A stretch of DNA of 64,000 bases from Candidatus Omnitrophota bacterium (GCA_015233675.1 JADFXH010000001.1:76563-140562), one strand, 5' to 3'. Shown: positions 29,962 through 39,311, numbered from the stretch's first letter. Program-made: numbers and translations. The notes: generated by a model not told the origin, from the sequence alone.

Positions 29962-30010
29962 AGCACAAAAATTTAGGGTAGACTACCAGATCAGGTAGTC
30001 TACCCTAAAT
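29962..30010 (-). terminator. intrinsic terminator after glnN
   Basis: 17-bp perfect stem atttagggtagactacc/ggtagtctaccctaaat, followed on the minus strand by TTTTTGTGC. Confidence 0.75.
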
Positions 30011-30046
30011 TTAAACCGGTTTCATCAAGTAAGATAGAAACTTTAA

Positions 30047-32191
30047 CTAAGCATTTAATAGTAGTATTTCAGCGTAACTGGGCAATGGCCATATATTAGC
30101 CGGAACCAACCCCTCAAGCTCATCAATGGCCTCACGCAATTTAGCCATGCCGGCAAATATTTTAGCTGCGTCATGCTTGGACAATGCGGCTTCCAAGGCG
30201 TCAACAGCGTTCAAAGACTGCTCTATTAAATTGGAAACCTGCTTTAACAACTTCTTTTGACCCTTGGTTTTTCCGATACCACCGACGGATTTGACGGTTT
30301 CTGCCAGCTCTTTTTGATACTCAACGGCCGCCGGGATCAACTGTGTCCGGCTCATAGCAACCGCACAATCGCCTTCTAAAACCAAAACCGTATTATAGGC
30401 ATGTTTGTTGATCTCATAACGAGAAGCAATTTCTATTTCGGTCAAAACACCATGTTTGACTAAAACCTGAATATTTTTCCTGGCCTTTATGGCTTGCAGC
30501 GCATCCGACGTATTCCTTAAATTCGGAAGACCACGCTTTTTTGCTTCAATTTGCCACTGAGGAACATAATTGTCCCCATTATAAACTACCTTCTTGTGTT
30601 TCTTTATAATCTCCTGGAGGACCTTCTGCAGACTAGCGTTAAAATCCTTACCTGTCTTCTTGTCTGCTTCCAGCTGATCACAAATATCAGAAATAGCCTC
30701 AGCCACAATGGTATTGAGCACCATGTTAGCAGCTGAAGGATTCATATTTGAACCCACCGCGCGAAATTCAAACTTGGCGCCGGTAAAGGCAAATGTTGAA
30801 GAACGGTTGCGATCTGTCGTGTCTTTGGCCAATTGCGGCAAAGAATCAACTCCCACATGCAAAACACTGCCTTCTTTAGAGGTTTTAGCCCCGCCTTTCT
30901 CAATTTGATTAATAATATCAGTTAGCTGGTCTCCCAAGAAAATGGACACAATCGCCGGAGGAGCTTCATTGGCCCCCAGACGGTGATCATTGCCGGCCGT
31001 GGCAATACTGACGCGTAAAAGATCGGCATAGGTATCAACACCTTTAATAACCGCACAAAGAGTCGCTAAAAACTTGGCATTATCATGCGGCGTTTTTCCC
31101 GGATACAGCCAATTTTTACCATCGGGACCAACCACCGACCAATTATTGTGCTTGCCGGAACCGTTTATGCCGGCGAATGGTTTCTCATGCAACAGACAAA
31201 CCAACCCATGTTTGTCAGCTATCTGACGCATAACTTCCATGGCCATCATATTATGATCAACAGCTATATTAAGTTCTTCATAAATAGGAGCCATTTCATA
31301 CTGAGCCGGAGCCACTTCATTGTGACGGGTCTTAGACGGCATGCCCAAACCCCACAACGTGCGGTCCAAATCCTCCATAAAACCCATAATACGCGGTTTA
31401 ATGGCACCGAAATAATGATCTTCCTGCTGTTGATGCTTGGCTGGCTTTCTACCGAAAAGCGTACGTCCGGTTTGCACCAAATCCATGCGTGCCTCATAAT
31501 GGGCTTTGTCAATAAGAAAATATTCCTGCTCAGGCCCTAAGGTACAATAGGCCCGTTTGCCGTTAGCATCAATACCAAAAAGATCAGCCAAACGACACAC
31601 CTGCTTGCTTAAGGCCACCATAGAACGCAGCAAAGGCGTCTTTTTATCCAATGCTTCACCGTGATAACCAACATAGAATGTTGGTATGCACAAAGTAGTA
31701 GCTTCAGGGCCTTTTTTAATGAAGGCTGGAGATGACGGATCCCAACCAGTATAACCGCGGGCCTGGAAAGTCGCGCGCAGTCCGCCGGAAGGAAAAGATG
31801 AAGCATCCGGCTCTCCTTGTATAAGCTCTTTGCCGGAAAAATTTAAGACGACCCCGCCTGCATCATCCCAGGCAATAAACGAATCATGCTTTTCAGCGGT
31901 GACACCGGTCATCGGCTGAAACCAATGCGTAAAATGCGTGGCCCCCTTGGCAATGGCCCATTTTTTCATTGCCTCTGCTACTTCATCGGCAATGGAAACA
32001 TCCAGCTTACCGCCTTCCTTAATAGTTTTTTCGATGGAAACATAGGCTTTGGGAGAAAGGGACTCTTTCATCGCCTTAAGATTAAATACATTTTCGCCGA
32101 AATGTTCAGGCAAATGTTCACTGAAATTACCGCTACAAGCGCACCCTTCAACACAAGCCGCCTGAATGACTTCTTCACGGACTTGACTCAT
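30047..32191 (-). CDS. glnN: glutamine synthetase type III
   Basis: About 714 aa, GS-III length and pattern. The ATG at 32191, preceded by CAGGAGGG, is preferred. The track start (TTG at 32224) lies inside the repeat end TTTTGACAGAACC. Confidence 0.85.
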   Translation of the reverse strand: MSQVREEVIQAACVEGCACSGNFSEHLPEHFGENVFNLKAMKESLSPKAYVSIEKTIKEGGKLDVSIADEVAEAMKKWAIAKGATHFTHWFQPMTGVTAEKHDSFIAWDDAGGVVLNFSGKELIQGEPDASSFPSGGLRATFQARGYTGWDPSSPAFIKKGPEATTLCIPTFYVGYHGEALDKKTPLLRSMVALSKQVCRLADLFGIDANGKRAYCTLGPEQEYFLIDKAHYEARMDLVQTGRTLFGRKPAKHQQQEDHYFGAIKPRIMGFMEDLDRTLWGLGMPSKTRHNEVAPAQYEMAPIYEELNIAVDHNMMAMEVMRQIADKHGLVCLLHEKPFAGINGSGKHNNWSVVGPDGKNWLYPGKTPHDNAKFLATLCAVIKGVDTYADLLRVSIATAGNDHRLGANEAPPAIVSIFLGDQLTDIINQIEKGGAKTSKEGSVLHVGVDSLPQLAKDTTDRNRSSTFAFTGAKFEFRAVGSNMNPSAANMVLNTIVAEAISDICDQLEADKKTGKDFNASLQKVLQEIIKKHKKVVYNGDNYVPQWQIEAKKRGLPNLRNTSDALQAIKARKNIQVLVKHGVLTEIEIASRYEINKHAYNTVLVLEGDCAVAMSRTQLIPAAVEYQKELAETVKSVGGIGKTKGQKKLLKQVSNLIEQSLNAVDALEAALSKHDAAKIFAGMAKLREAIDELEGLVPANIWPLPSYAEILLLNA

Positions 32192-32213
32192 AGACCCTCC
32201 TGATTTTAAATAT

Positions 32214-32419
32214 GGTTCTGTCAAAATTTTGCTTGCCTTATGACGCGGGGCCTGTCCTTAGCCTCAACATTAAGGGGCTCCTTAGGCGGGGGCAACCTTA
32301 ACAGCAGCACCGACGGTAGTATTCCCTAAACAGCCCACTTGCGCAGGTGCCGTGCGCGCCTTAATATTGAGACCAAGGACACCCGCTGACGCATCTTTCA
32401 ATAAACCTTTATCGCTACC
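32214..32419 (-). repeat. family-B structured element, copy B1 (leader of glnN)
   Basis: About 206 nt. Framework ends ggttctgtcaaaatttt / aaacctttatcgctacc. 22-bp stem gtccttagcctcaacattaagg / ccttaatattgagaccaaggac. Confidence 0.8.
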
Positions 32420-32441
32420 TTAAATATGGAGCTCACTTACT

Positions 32442-33866
32442 TTAAAATTTCACCGCAAGATTGGCAATGGCCTGGCTGGCTGTACTGCGATTCACGTTTG
32501 ATAGAACAGTTCCAGGAACGTACCAACCTACATTAACACCGAAAGTAACATCTTCAGTGTAATTATAGGTCAAGTTGACATCAGTTTCATTGCCCAAGCT
32601 ATATGCATCATGTTTTGTAGCAGGACCTATTGCAGTAGCCCCGCCATCAGGCTGATATAAGGCCAATAGATTTTGATTGCCGTATGGATCTGCAGCCCAC
32701 AATCCACTCCAAGTAACAGCGGCAGTCACATCTTGCAGAGGACTAATTGAAGCCCCCAAGGCAACGATGTTCTGGTTGGATAAAGGAAAAATAGAACGGT
32801 AAATTGTGCCAGCGCCTTGAATTGTATTAAACTCATCCCATGCACTGTAATACTTGGCAGACTTAACAGCATTATCATGATAATTTTCCGCGCTGTTCTT
32901 GTCACCTGAAACATAAGTATACGAAGCATTCACAGTCGGTTTGTATTTTTCCAAAACCGGCAATGAATAACTGGCCAATACTTGAGCGGCCATGGCATCA
33001 CGGTGCTCTGCTTCTTGAGAAGAGCCAACAGTAACGGGATGATTACCAAGTTGCCAAGCTAATTCACCCTGAATATTCAACCCTTTAACAGGATTGGTGC
33101 TTGCACGTAATCCTGGCACATAAAGGGTATCCCCTTTATCGGCCGGCGTAGTAACGCTACTTACAACAGGCCCCTGAGGAACTATTGTATTGCCATTAAT
33201 TCTAGTAAATAAGTAGGTTTCTAAAACTGTGTTATAAGGATCGCTTAATTGATAATTAGCATTTAACCCATAAACATCAGAATTTGCCCCATTTTGGCTA
33301 TAAACACCCTGGATTGAATTCGTCGTCTGACCATTCTTGAAATAGATTAAGTCAATGGTCAATGGCTTATAATCTAATGTGGCCTTAACACCGTCATAGG
33401 CTGTTCTCAAAGTCAGGTCCTGCGCAATGTTCTGCAAACTCCCTGTTCCCTGGTTGACCGCACCGCCATCACCCAAGATAAGGCCATTACCATAATTGAA
33501 CACTTGGCGACCTACAGTCACTGTGAGCGGTGAATACAAAAGCTCACGCAAAGTGATAGAGGCCAGATACAACTGTACATTGGTATCGCCGCTGCCCTCT
33601 GCGTTCCAGGCGCGTTCATTGATCAAGCCAACGGTTGTGGAAACATGATCGGTTAAATCAGCGTCCACACGTAGACGGGTTTGGGTAAGAAAAACACTCT
33701 GTTTTTTAAGGCCTGTAGGGACACCATCCACGTCCAGTCCCAGGTCAAAATCATTGCGGTCTAAATACGTGGATGTGATATCCCCGCTAACTTTCACGTT
33801 CTGGATAGCCGCAAAAACCGGTGAAGCCATTAATACTACCATTGCTGCAACTAATAATTTTTTCAT
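32442..33866 (-). CDS. outer-membrane beta-barrel porin (unknown specificity)
   Basis: Signal peptide MKKLLVAAMVVLMASPVFA, alternating beta-strand pattern, C-terminal ...LAVKF. Confidence 0.55.
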   Translation of the reverse strand: MKKLLVAAMVVLMASPVFAAIQNVKVSGDITSTYLDRNDFDLGLDVDGVPTGLKKQSVFLTQTRLRVDADLTDHVSTTVGLINERAWNAEGSGDTNVQLYLASITLRELLYSPLTVTVGRQVFNYGNGLILGDGGAVNQGTGSLQNIAQDLTLRTAYDGVKATLDYKPLTIDLIYFKNGQTTNSIQGVYSQNGANSDVYGLNANYQLSDPYNTVLETYLFTRINGNTIVPQGPVVSSVTTPADKGDTLYVPGLRASTNPVKGLNIQGELAWQLGNHPVTVGSSQEAEHRDAMAAQVLASYSLPVLEKYKPTVNASYTYVSGDKNSAENYHDNAVKSAKYYSAWDEFNTIQGAGTIYRSIFPLSNQNIVALGASISPLQDVTAAVTWSGLWAADPYGNQNLLALYQPDGGATAIGPATKHDAYSLGNETDVNLTYNYTEDVTFGVNVGWYVPGTVLSNVNRSTASQAIANLAVKF

Positions 33867-33891
33867 TTGATCCCTCCCACAGATTTAAAAA

Positions 33892-34096
33892 GTTCTGTTA
33901 AAATTCCGCTTCTAGATGACGCGGGGCCTGTCCTTAGTCTCAACGTTAAGGGGCTCCTCAGGCAGGGGCAACCTTAACAGCAGCACCGATGATGGTTTTC
34001 CCTAAACCACCCACTTGAGCAGGTGCCGTGTGCGCCTTAACATTGAGACTAAGGACACCCGCTAATCCATGTTTTCATAAAACTTTTGACACTACC
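33892..34096 (-). repeat. family-B structured element, copy B2 (leader of the porin gene)
   Basis: 205 nt, collinear with B1 and B3. Ends agttctgttaaaattcc / aaaacttttgacactacc. Confidence 0.8.
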
Positions 34097-34120
34097 ATTT
34101 AAAAAACTATTTATTTAGAT

Positions 34121-34267
34121 TTATTTTCTACCCTTCATGGCCTCAGGCTTGAGGATTAAGAAATACTGATGTACTAATTTCTTAAGCTCTTTCAGGTTCT
34201 TTTGATGGATGCTTTCTTTTATTGTTTTCCTTAATTCTGTTAATCTTTTATGTTGTGTCTTTTCCAT
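34121..34267 (-). CDS. candidate small basic helical protein (48 aa), below the ORF-track threshold
   Basis: Own translation: MEKTQHKRLTELRKTIKESIHQKNLKELKKLVHQYFLILKPEAMKGRK. Weak AAGGG upstream. It fills the otherwise empty PII-to-B2 gap. Confidence 0.25.
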   Translation of the reverse strand: MEKTQHKRLTELRKTIKESIHQKNLKELKKLVHQYFLILKPEAMKGRK

Positions 34268-34310
34268 ACAAATACCCTTGCCTGGATCAACCATGATTTT
34301 AATGCCTATG

Positions 34311-34643
34311 CTACAATGCCCCTTTTTCCCCGGTTCGAATCCTTATGGCGTCCTCAACGGACGAAATAAATATTTTTCCATCCCCTACTTCTCCCGTGTA
34401 AGCCGCTTTACGTATGGCTTGGACAAGGCCATCTACCTCCTCGTCTTTCGCCACAATATCAAGCTTTGTTTTTGTCATAAATTCGACTTTGTATTCTTTG
34501 CCACGCAGTGTTTTGGTCATGCCTTTTTGCTTTCCATGCCCCTCGATCTCGGTAAGCATAAGGCCGGGATGCCCGACTTTATGTAAAGCCTTTGCTACGT
34601 CACCGACTTTTGACGGACGAATTATCGCTTCTATTTTCTTCAT
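34311..34643 (-). CDS. P-II family nitrogen signalling protein (Tyr51 present)
   Basis: MKKIEAIIRP...GHGKQKG...RGKEYKVEF...GDGKIFISSVEDAIRIRTGE. The start at 34643 follows GGAAGGAGA. The track start lies in the repeat. Confidence 0.8.
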   Translation of the reverse strand: MKKIEAIIRPSKVGDVAKALHKVGHPGLMLTEIEGHGKQKGMTKTLRGKEYKVEFMTKTKLDIVAKDEEVDGLVQAIRKAAYTGEVGDGKIFISSVEDAIRIRTGEKGAL

Positions 34644-34653
34644 AGTTAATCTC

Positions 34654-34706
34654 CTTCCATATAATTCCATTAAATTTTTCTATTGATTAGGTCGGGCCAA
34701 CCGCCC
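34654..34706 (-). repeat. 50-nt RBS-bearing leader repeat, 1 copy
   Basis: cttccatataattccattaaatttttctattgattaggtcgggccaaccgccc, directly upstream of the PII start. Confidence 0.8.
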
Positions 34707-34725
34707 TTGGTTTAACTCCCCCTAA

Positions 34726-34750
34726 CCCCCTCTTTATACAAAAGAGGGGG
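34726..34750. repeat. CCCCCTCTTT...AAAGAGGGGG hairpin repeat
   Basis: 10-bp perfect stem, preceded by tttaactccccctaa. The same module is at 43748..43770. The shared 5' flank alone recurs at 56421..56445. Confidence 0.7.
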
Positions 34751-34755
34751 AAAAT

Positions 34756-36633
34756 TTATATAGCCCATACGCCATCATCCGCGGTACGGATGCGCCTAGC
34801 TTGGGATGCGTCGATAACAAAGATCTTCCCGTCTCCGACATTTCCAGTTCTAGCCCCTTCACTGATAATGTCCATGACAGCCGGGACATCCCATTCTTTA
34901 ACCACACAGTCCACTTTAACTTTTGGAAGAAAATTAATATCGCCATTTTCTTTATCATCATTAATACTGCCTTTTTGGCGGCCAAAACCTCTCACCTTCG
35001 TGACAGTCATCCCCATGATGAAATCTTCCTGGCGCAGGGCTTCAACCACCAGGTTAAGATACTCCGGTCGAATAATGGCCGAAACCATTTTTAACTTATA
35101 TGATTTGTTCATCGTTGTGACGGCAACATAAAACAAGCTTATGAAAGCCCATGCACCTGCGATACCAAAACATATCCATGCTTCATTCTTGGCATCATTA
35201 TTTCCGATGATATACAGATAAAGAATGGCAGCAACCATGATGATATTGGCGAAAAGCCCCAATATAGGTACAAAACCATGTTTCAACACATTAAAATCCG
35301 CTCTTTTTTTAAAAGCGATAAAAGCGGTTAGACAAGTCATCCCATAAAGAATAAATGTCCCAAGGTTCGATGCTAACGTAATACCGGTTAAACCAACGAC
35401 TGACCACACCCCGATACCACCTATAATAGAGGAAATGATGGCCAATACCCAAATAGCAACGTGGGGCGTGCTGAATTCTCCGTGCATAAACCCTAACAAT
35501 TCCGGGAATTCCCTGTCTTCAGCCATGGCACAGCTGACACGAACAGCGGTATTCATACAGCTTAATGTTGTTCCGATGATCGCGATAGCAACGGTAATCG
35601 CAATTGTGATCATCAAGCCAAACCCGATCCCTCCCAACAGATTATCTCCCAAGAGTTTTGCTAAATCGCCGATAGGAGCACTTGAAGCTGCGGCGGCATC
35701 AAGACCCATAACAGCTTTTCCTGCTGCGGTCCCGGCAAGTTTATCGCTGATCATTAATCCCGTACAAAAATATTCAAACAAATAAGCAAACAATCCTTGT
35801 ATTACTAAAGCCAGAATGATCGCTTTAGGAATATTCTTTTGAGGCTCTTTGGTTTCAGCGGCAAGCGCCGTACAACTTTCAAAACCAACGAGGATCAATA
35901 TAGCAATGGTTGATTGCACCATCACACCCATTAATGAATGTGGTTTTATAACATCCAAAGCTCCGGTAAATGACCAAGCTACCGTATGTTGCGGATTGGC
36001 CACTCGATACCAAATAGCCAAACAGCTAAAGATCACTAAAGAAACAAGCTGGATTCCATTGATCCAAATTGAAGTCAGGGTTGAGCCGGTTATGCCGCGA
36101 TAAGCGATATAAGCACAAACAAACGTAAAAACGACTCCAACACCAACAAGCTCAGGGTTGGTCAAAGTTTTGCCTGTAAACTGGGTATAGATGTAGCCCA
36201 GCAACATCGCCATCATCGCCACCATGACGCCCGGATAAACCCAATAAAATAGATGCGCTGACCATGCAGTAATTAGTTTGGCAAAACGTTTGCCAGTAAA
36301 AGGAGAATCTTTTTCAGGAGTTCCCTCAACTTTCGTTTTAGAAAAAGTCTTTTCCACAAAATAGCAGACACTTTTAAAACCCGCTTCCGGATAAATCCCT
36401 GCAAGCTCTGCATAAGAAATGGCAGACAAGAACGCCACTATTAAAGCTACTATGATACCCGCCCAAATATCACTGGCAACTGAACTACCATCAGGGGCGG
36501 TTGCCCCTGCCTGTAACTGATACGTAATCCACAAAAACGCCCCCGGAGCGATAAGAGCCATAGCGTTTACGGTCGCACCCAACAATCCAAGAGTAGGTTT
36601 AACCACCGGTTTTGTTAAATCAACTGTAGCCAT
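34756..36633 (-). CDS. APC-family permease fused to a C-terminal P-II domain
   Basis: About 500 aa of 12-TM permease. The last ~110 aa read KMVSAIIRPEYLNLVVEAL...VRGFGRQKG...FLPKVKVDCVV...GDGKIFVIDASQARRIRT, a complete PII fold signature. Confidence 0.75.
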   Translation of the reverse strand: MATVDLTKPVVKPTLGLLGATVNAMALIAPGAFLWITYQLQAGATAPDGSSVASDIWAGIIVALIVAFLSAISYAELAGIYPEAGFKSVCYFVEKTFSKTKVEGTPEKDSPFTGKRFAKLITAWSAHLFYWVYPGVMVAMMAMLLGYIYTQFTGKTLTNPELVGVGVVFTFVCAYIAYRGITGSTLTSIWINGIQLVSLVIFSCLAIWYRVANPQHTVAWSFTGALDVIKPHSLMGVMVQSTIAILILVGFESCTALAAETKEPQKNIPKAIILALVIQGLFAYLFEYFCTGLMISDKLAGTAAGKAVMGLDAAAASSAPIGDLAKLLGDNLLGGIGFGLMITIAITVAIAIIGTTLSCMNTAVRVSCAMAEDREFPELLGFMHGEFSTPHVAIWVLAIISSIIGGIGVWSVVGLTGITLASNLGTFILYGMTCLTAFIAFKKRADFNVLKHGFVPILGLFANIIMVAAILYLYIIGNNDAKNEAWICFGIAGAWAFISLFYVAVTTMNKSYKLKMVSAIIRPEYLNLVVEALRQEDFIMGMTVTKVRGFGRQKGSINDDKENGDINFLPKVKVDCVVKEWDVPAVMDIISEGARTGNVGDGKIFVIDASQARRIRTADDGVWAI

Positions 36634-36693
36634 GTAATCCTTCCTTTCTTAATTAAACCATTTTGCCTTACCATAATTGGCATGGACAAAAAT

Positions 36694-36738
36694 CCAAAAA
36701 AAAACGTCTTTCTATTCATCATTGAATACAAAGACGTC
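36694..36738 (-). terminator. intrinsic terminator 60 nt upstream of the APC::PII start (operon terminator or leader attenuator)
   Basis: Minus strand reads GACGTCTTTGTATTCAATGATGAATAGAAAGACGT followed by TTTTTTTTT. Confidence 0.7.
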
Positions 36739-36840
36739 ATTGTCCTTTAGGTCAGGCATCCCTTATCAGGAACGCCTTTATTCATTACGCATCAATGCGT
36801 TTACTACACCTATACAAGTCTAAAAATCCCGCTTTGGTAA

Positions 36841-37365
36841 CTACCTTGCACTAGAATTTTTTAATTTTTTGCACTTTTCCCTGATTTTTCCTTCAAATTT
36901 CACTACGCTAACATGAGAAAGCCCAAGCCGCTGGGCTATTTCACGGGTAGTCCATCCTTGAAGATAAAAAAAAGCAATTTCTTTTTCTTTCCGGCTTAAT
37001 TCATTCTTGAAAACTTCTTCCATTAAAGTATCTATATCAAAATCTTCCTCAACAGGAGTTTCTTGCCGCAATGACAAAACATCTTGCAGTTTGAAACTTC
37101 CTTCATCTATCGGCATATTCAATCTCATCAAAGATGTTTTATCCTGAACCTTGCGGATATGATTCTTTAAATAGAAAAAGCAGCTTTGTAAAACGTAGCT
37201 GTCTGTCTTATCTGACAATTTGCCATCATTGTAATCAACCCAAAGTTGCAAGACAGCCTCTTGATACAAATCTTCCTCAGAAAAAGATTGACAAGATCCG
37301 TGAATCTTATAAACGATGCCCTTTAATTTGGGCGATATTCTCTCGATTAATTCTTCAAAAGTCAT
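36841..37365 (-). CDS. sigma-70 family (ECF-like, regions 2 and 4) RNA polymerase sigma factor
   Basis: Region-2-like DLYQEAVLQLWVDY and a region-4 HTH (GWTTREIAQRLGLSHVSVVKFEGKIREK). It starts 10-12 nt after the glnB stop. The ATG at 37365 is preferred over the GTG at 37377. Confidence 0.65.
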   Translation of the reverse strand: MTFEELIERISPKLKGIVYKIHGSCQSFSEEDLYQEAVLQLWVDYNDGKLSDKTDSYVLQSCFFYLKNHIRKVQDKTSLMRLNMPIDEGSFKLQDVLSLRQETPVEEDFDIDTLMEEVFKNELSRKEKEIAFFYLQGWTTREIAQRLGLSHVSVVKFEGKIREKCKKLKNSSAR

Positions 37366-37377
37366 TTTACCTTTCAC

Positions 37378-37719
37378 TCAACCAATCGCCAAAGCCCCTT
37401 CCTCACCGGTGCGAATACGTATACAACGGGGTAAATCAAGGACGAAAATCTTACCATTGCCGATTTTTCCATTGTACGCGCCTTTGATGATTGCTTGAAT
37501 TGTTGGTTCTACAAAATCATCATTGACGGCAATTTCAATTTGAACCTTCCTTAGCAAATTTCCCGTTTCGCGGACGCCCCGATAAAATTCATCTACGCCA
37601 ACCTGACGACCGTGGCCTAAAACTTCAGAAACCGTAATCAAATTTACTTGAGCCGCATAAAGCTCTTTCTTGACTTCATCGAGTTTATAAGGCTGGATTA
37701 TTGCAATGACTAATTTCAT
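37378..37719 (-). CDS. glnB: nitrogen regulatory protein P-II (paralog of 9918..10259)
   Basis: 113 aa, collinear with the other glnB with few substitutions. Confidence 0.9.
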   Translation of the reverse strand: MKLVIAIIQPYKLDEVKKELYAAQVNLITVSEVLGHGRQVGVDEFYRGVRETGNLLRKVQIEIAVNDDFVEPTIQAIIKGAYNGKIGNGKIFVLDLPRCIRIRTGEEGALAIG

Positions 37720-37741
37720 AAGACCTCCTGTTTAATACTAT

Positions 37742-37943
37742 GGTTCTGTCAAAATTCTGCTTCTAGATGACGCGGGTCCTGTCCTTAGTTTCAACGTTAA
37801 GGTGCTCCTCAGGCAGGGGCAACCTTAACAGCAGCACCGATGGTGGTTTTCCCTAAACCGCCCACTTGAGCAGGTGCCGTGCGCGCCTTAACATTGAAAC
37901 TAAGGACACCCGCTAATCCATGTTTTCATAAAACTTTTGACAC
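37742..37943 (-). repeat. family-B structured element, copy B3 (amt|glnB spacer, leader of glnB)
   Basis: 202 nt. Ends ggttctgtcaaaattctgc / aaaacttttgacac. Stem gtccttagtttcaacgttaagg / ccttaacattgaaactaaggac. Confidence 0.8.
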
Positions 37944-37956
37944 AAACTATTTCAAC

Positions 37957-37977
37957 GGGCGGACACAAGGTCCGCCC
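37957..37977. repeat. REP-like hairpin GGGCGGAC-acaag-GTCCGCCC
   Basis: Perfect 8-bp stem immediately after the amt stop. Confidence 0.7.
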
Positions 37978-37984
37978 CTACTGT

Positions 37985-39235
37985 TTAGTCCAATATTGTA
38001 TACGCACGTTCATGGTGTTGGCTCAAATCCAATCCCATGATCTCTTCATCTTGTTGAGCCCGTATACCCATTACTTTATCTACCACAAAACAAATAATTA
38101 AAGTGCCGATTGCTGTGTACGCGATGGTAGTAGCACAGGCGATAAACTGGACCCAAACCTGACCTGGATTGCCTGCAAATAGACCATCCGCCCCGCCTGA
38201 AGGGTTAATCGCTTTAACGGCAAATAAACCTGTCGCCATCGCTCCCCAAAAACCGCCGATGCCGTGTACACCAAAGGCATCAAGAGTGTCATCATAACCA
38301 AGCCTGGGTTTTACGAATGCCACCATGGAATAGCACAATACGCTGACTAATAACCCGATCCACAAGGCTCCGCTTACGTCCACAAACCCGCAAGCAGGAG
38401 TAACAGCAACAAGCCCTGCTACAGCACCGGAAGCGGCTCCTAAAGTTGTTGGTTTACCCGTAAAAATCCATTCCATCACAGCCCAGCTAATAGCAGCGGC
38501 AGCGGTAGCCGTATTTGTATTGACAAATGCCTGCGCTGCTAATCCATTAGCCGCTAATGCGGAACCGGCATTGAAACCAAACCAACCAAACCACAACAAA
38601 GAAGCGCCTAAAATAATAAACGGGACATTATGCATCCCCTGTTTATCTGTACCGACCCTTTTCCCTAAATATAATGCGGTAACTAACCCTGCAACCCCAG
38701 CGTTAATATGAACAACTGTACCCCCGGCAAAATCTTTGGCCCCTAAACCATTCAGCCATCCTCCAACACCCCAAACCATATGGGCTATCGGGCAATAGAC
38801 AAAGGTCAGCCATAAAGCCGTAAATACTAAAAATGATGAGAATTTCATACGTTCCGCATAAGAACCTATGATGAGCGCAGGAGTAATAACTGCAAACATA
38901 GCCTGGAAAATCATAAAAGCCAAATGCGGAATAGTAGCGGCATAGTCAGGGTTCGCTTCCTGTCCTACTCCTTTAAGCATAAACCAGTCCAATCCTCCTA
39001 TAAAAGGATTCCCTTTGCCAAAGGCAAGGCTGTAACCGTAAACGACCCATAAAACACTAATCAAAGCAAGACACATAAAACATTGCATCAAAACACCTAA
39101 TATATTTTTACGTCTTACCATGCCCCCGTAAAAGAAAGCCAAACCCGGCGCCGTCATTAGCAAAACTAATGCCGACGATGTTAGAACCCATGCTGTATCC
39201 CCTGCACTGATCGGATTAATTGGTGCTGTACCCAT
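37985..39235 (-). CDS. amt: ammonium transporter Amt (paralog)
   Basis: 416 aa, collinear with 10533..11771. Motifs FAGGTVVHINAG and DDTLDAFGVHGIGG. Confidence 0.9.
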   Translation of the reverse strand: MGTAPINPISAGDTAWVLTSSALVLLMTAPGLAFFYGGMVRRKNILGVLMQCFMCLALISVLWVVYGYSLAFGKGNPFIGGLDWFMLKGVGQEANPDYAATIPHLAFMIFQAMFAVITPALIIGSYAERMKFSSFLVFTALWLTFVYCPIAHMVWGVGGWLNGLGAKDFAGGTVVHINAGVAGLVTALYLGKRVGTDKQGMHNVPFIILGASLLWFGWFGFNAGSALAANGLAAQAFVNTNTATAAAAISWAVMEWIFTGKPTTLGAASGAVAGLVAVTPACGFVDVSGALWIGLLVSVLCYSMVAFVKPRLGYDDTLDAFGVHGIGGFWGAMATGLFAVKAINPSGGADGLFAGNPGQVWVQFIACATTIAYTAIGTLIICFVVDKVMGIRAQQDEEIMGLDLSQHHERAYTILD

Positions 39236-39264
39236 TTAGTTCCTCCTTGTTTACGTTATTTTTA

Positions 39265-39311
39265 ATTAAATAAAAAAGTCCAGTCCCCACTTGTCCTAGC
39301 GGAAACTGGAC
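39265..39311 (-). terminator. leader terminator 2 (proximal), about 30 nt upstream of the amt RBS
   Basis: Minus strand reads GTCCAGT...ACTGGAC followed by TTTTTTATTT. Confidence 0.65.

Noticed and set aside
32191-32224. TTGACA within the framework left end as a -35 box for downstream genes
   Set aside because: Only ~6 nt separate it from the nearest TA-rich hexamer. At 17-nt spacing the sequence is the Shine-Dalgarno itself.
33960-34040. Sigma-54 promoter (GGCAC...) inside family B
   Set aside because: CGGCACCTGCTCAAG has the GG, but no GC at the required GG-N10-GC spacing and no TTGC.
34075-34096. TnrA/GlnR-type operator in the framework right end (TGTCAAAAGTTTTATGAAAACA)
   Set aside because: It does not fit TGTNA-N7-TNACA spacing and the half-sites are not mutually complementary. 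The same end also occurs at non-nitrogen genes.
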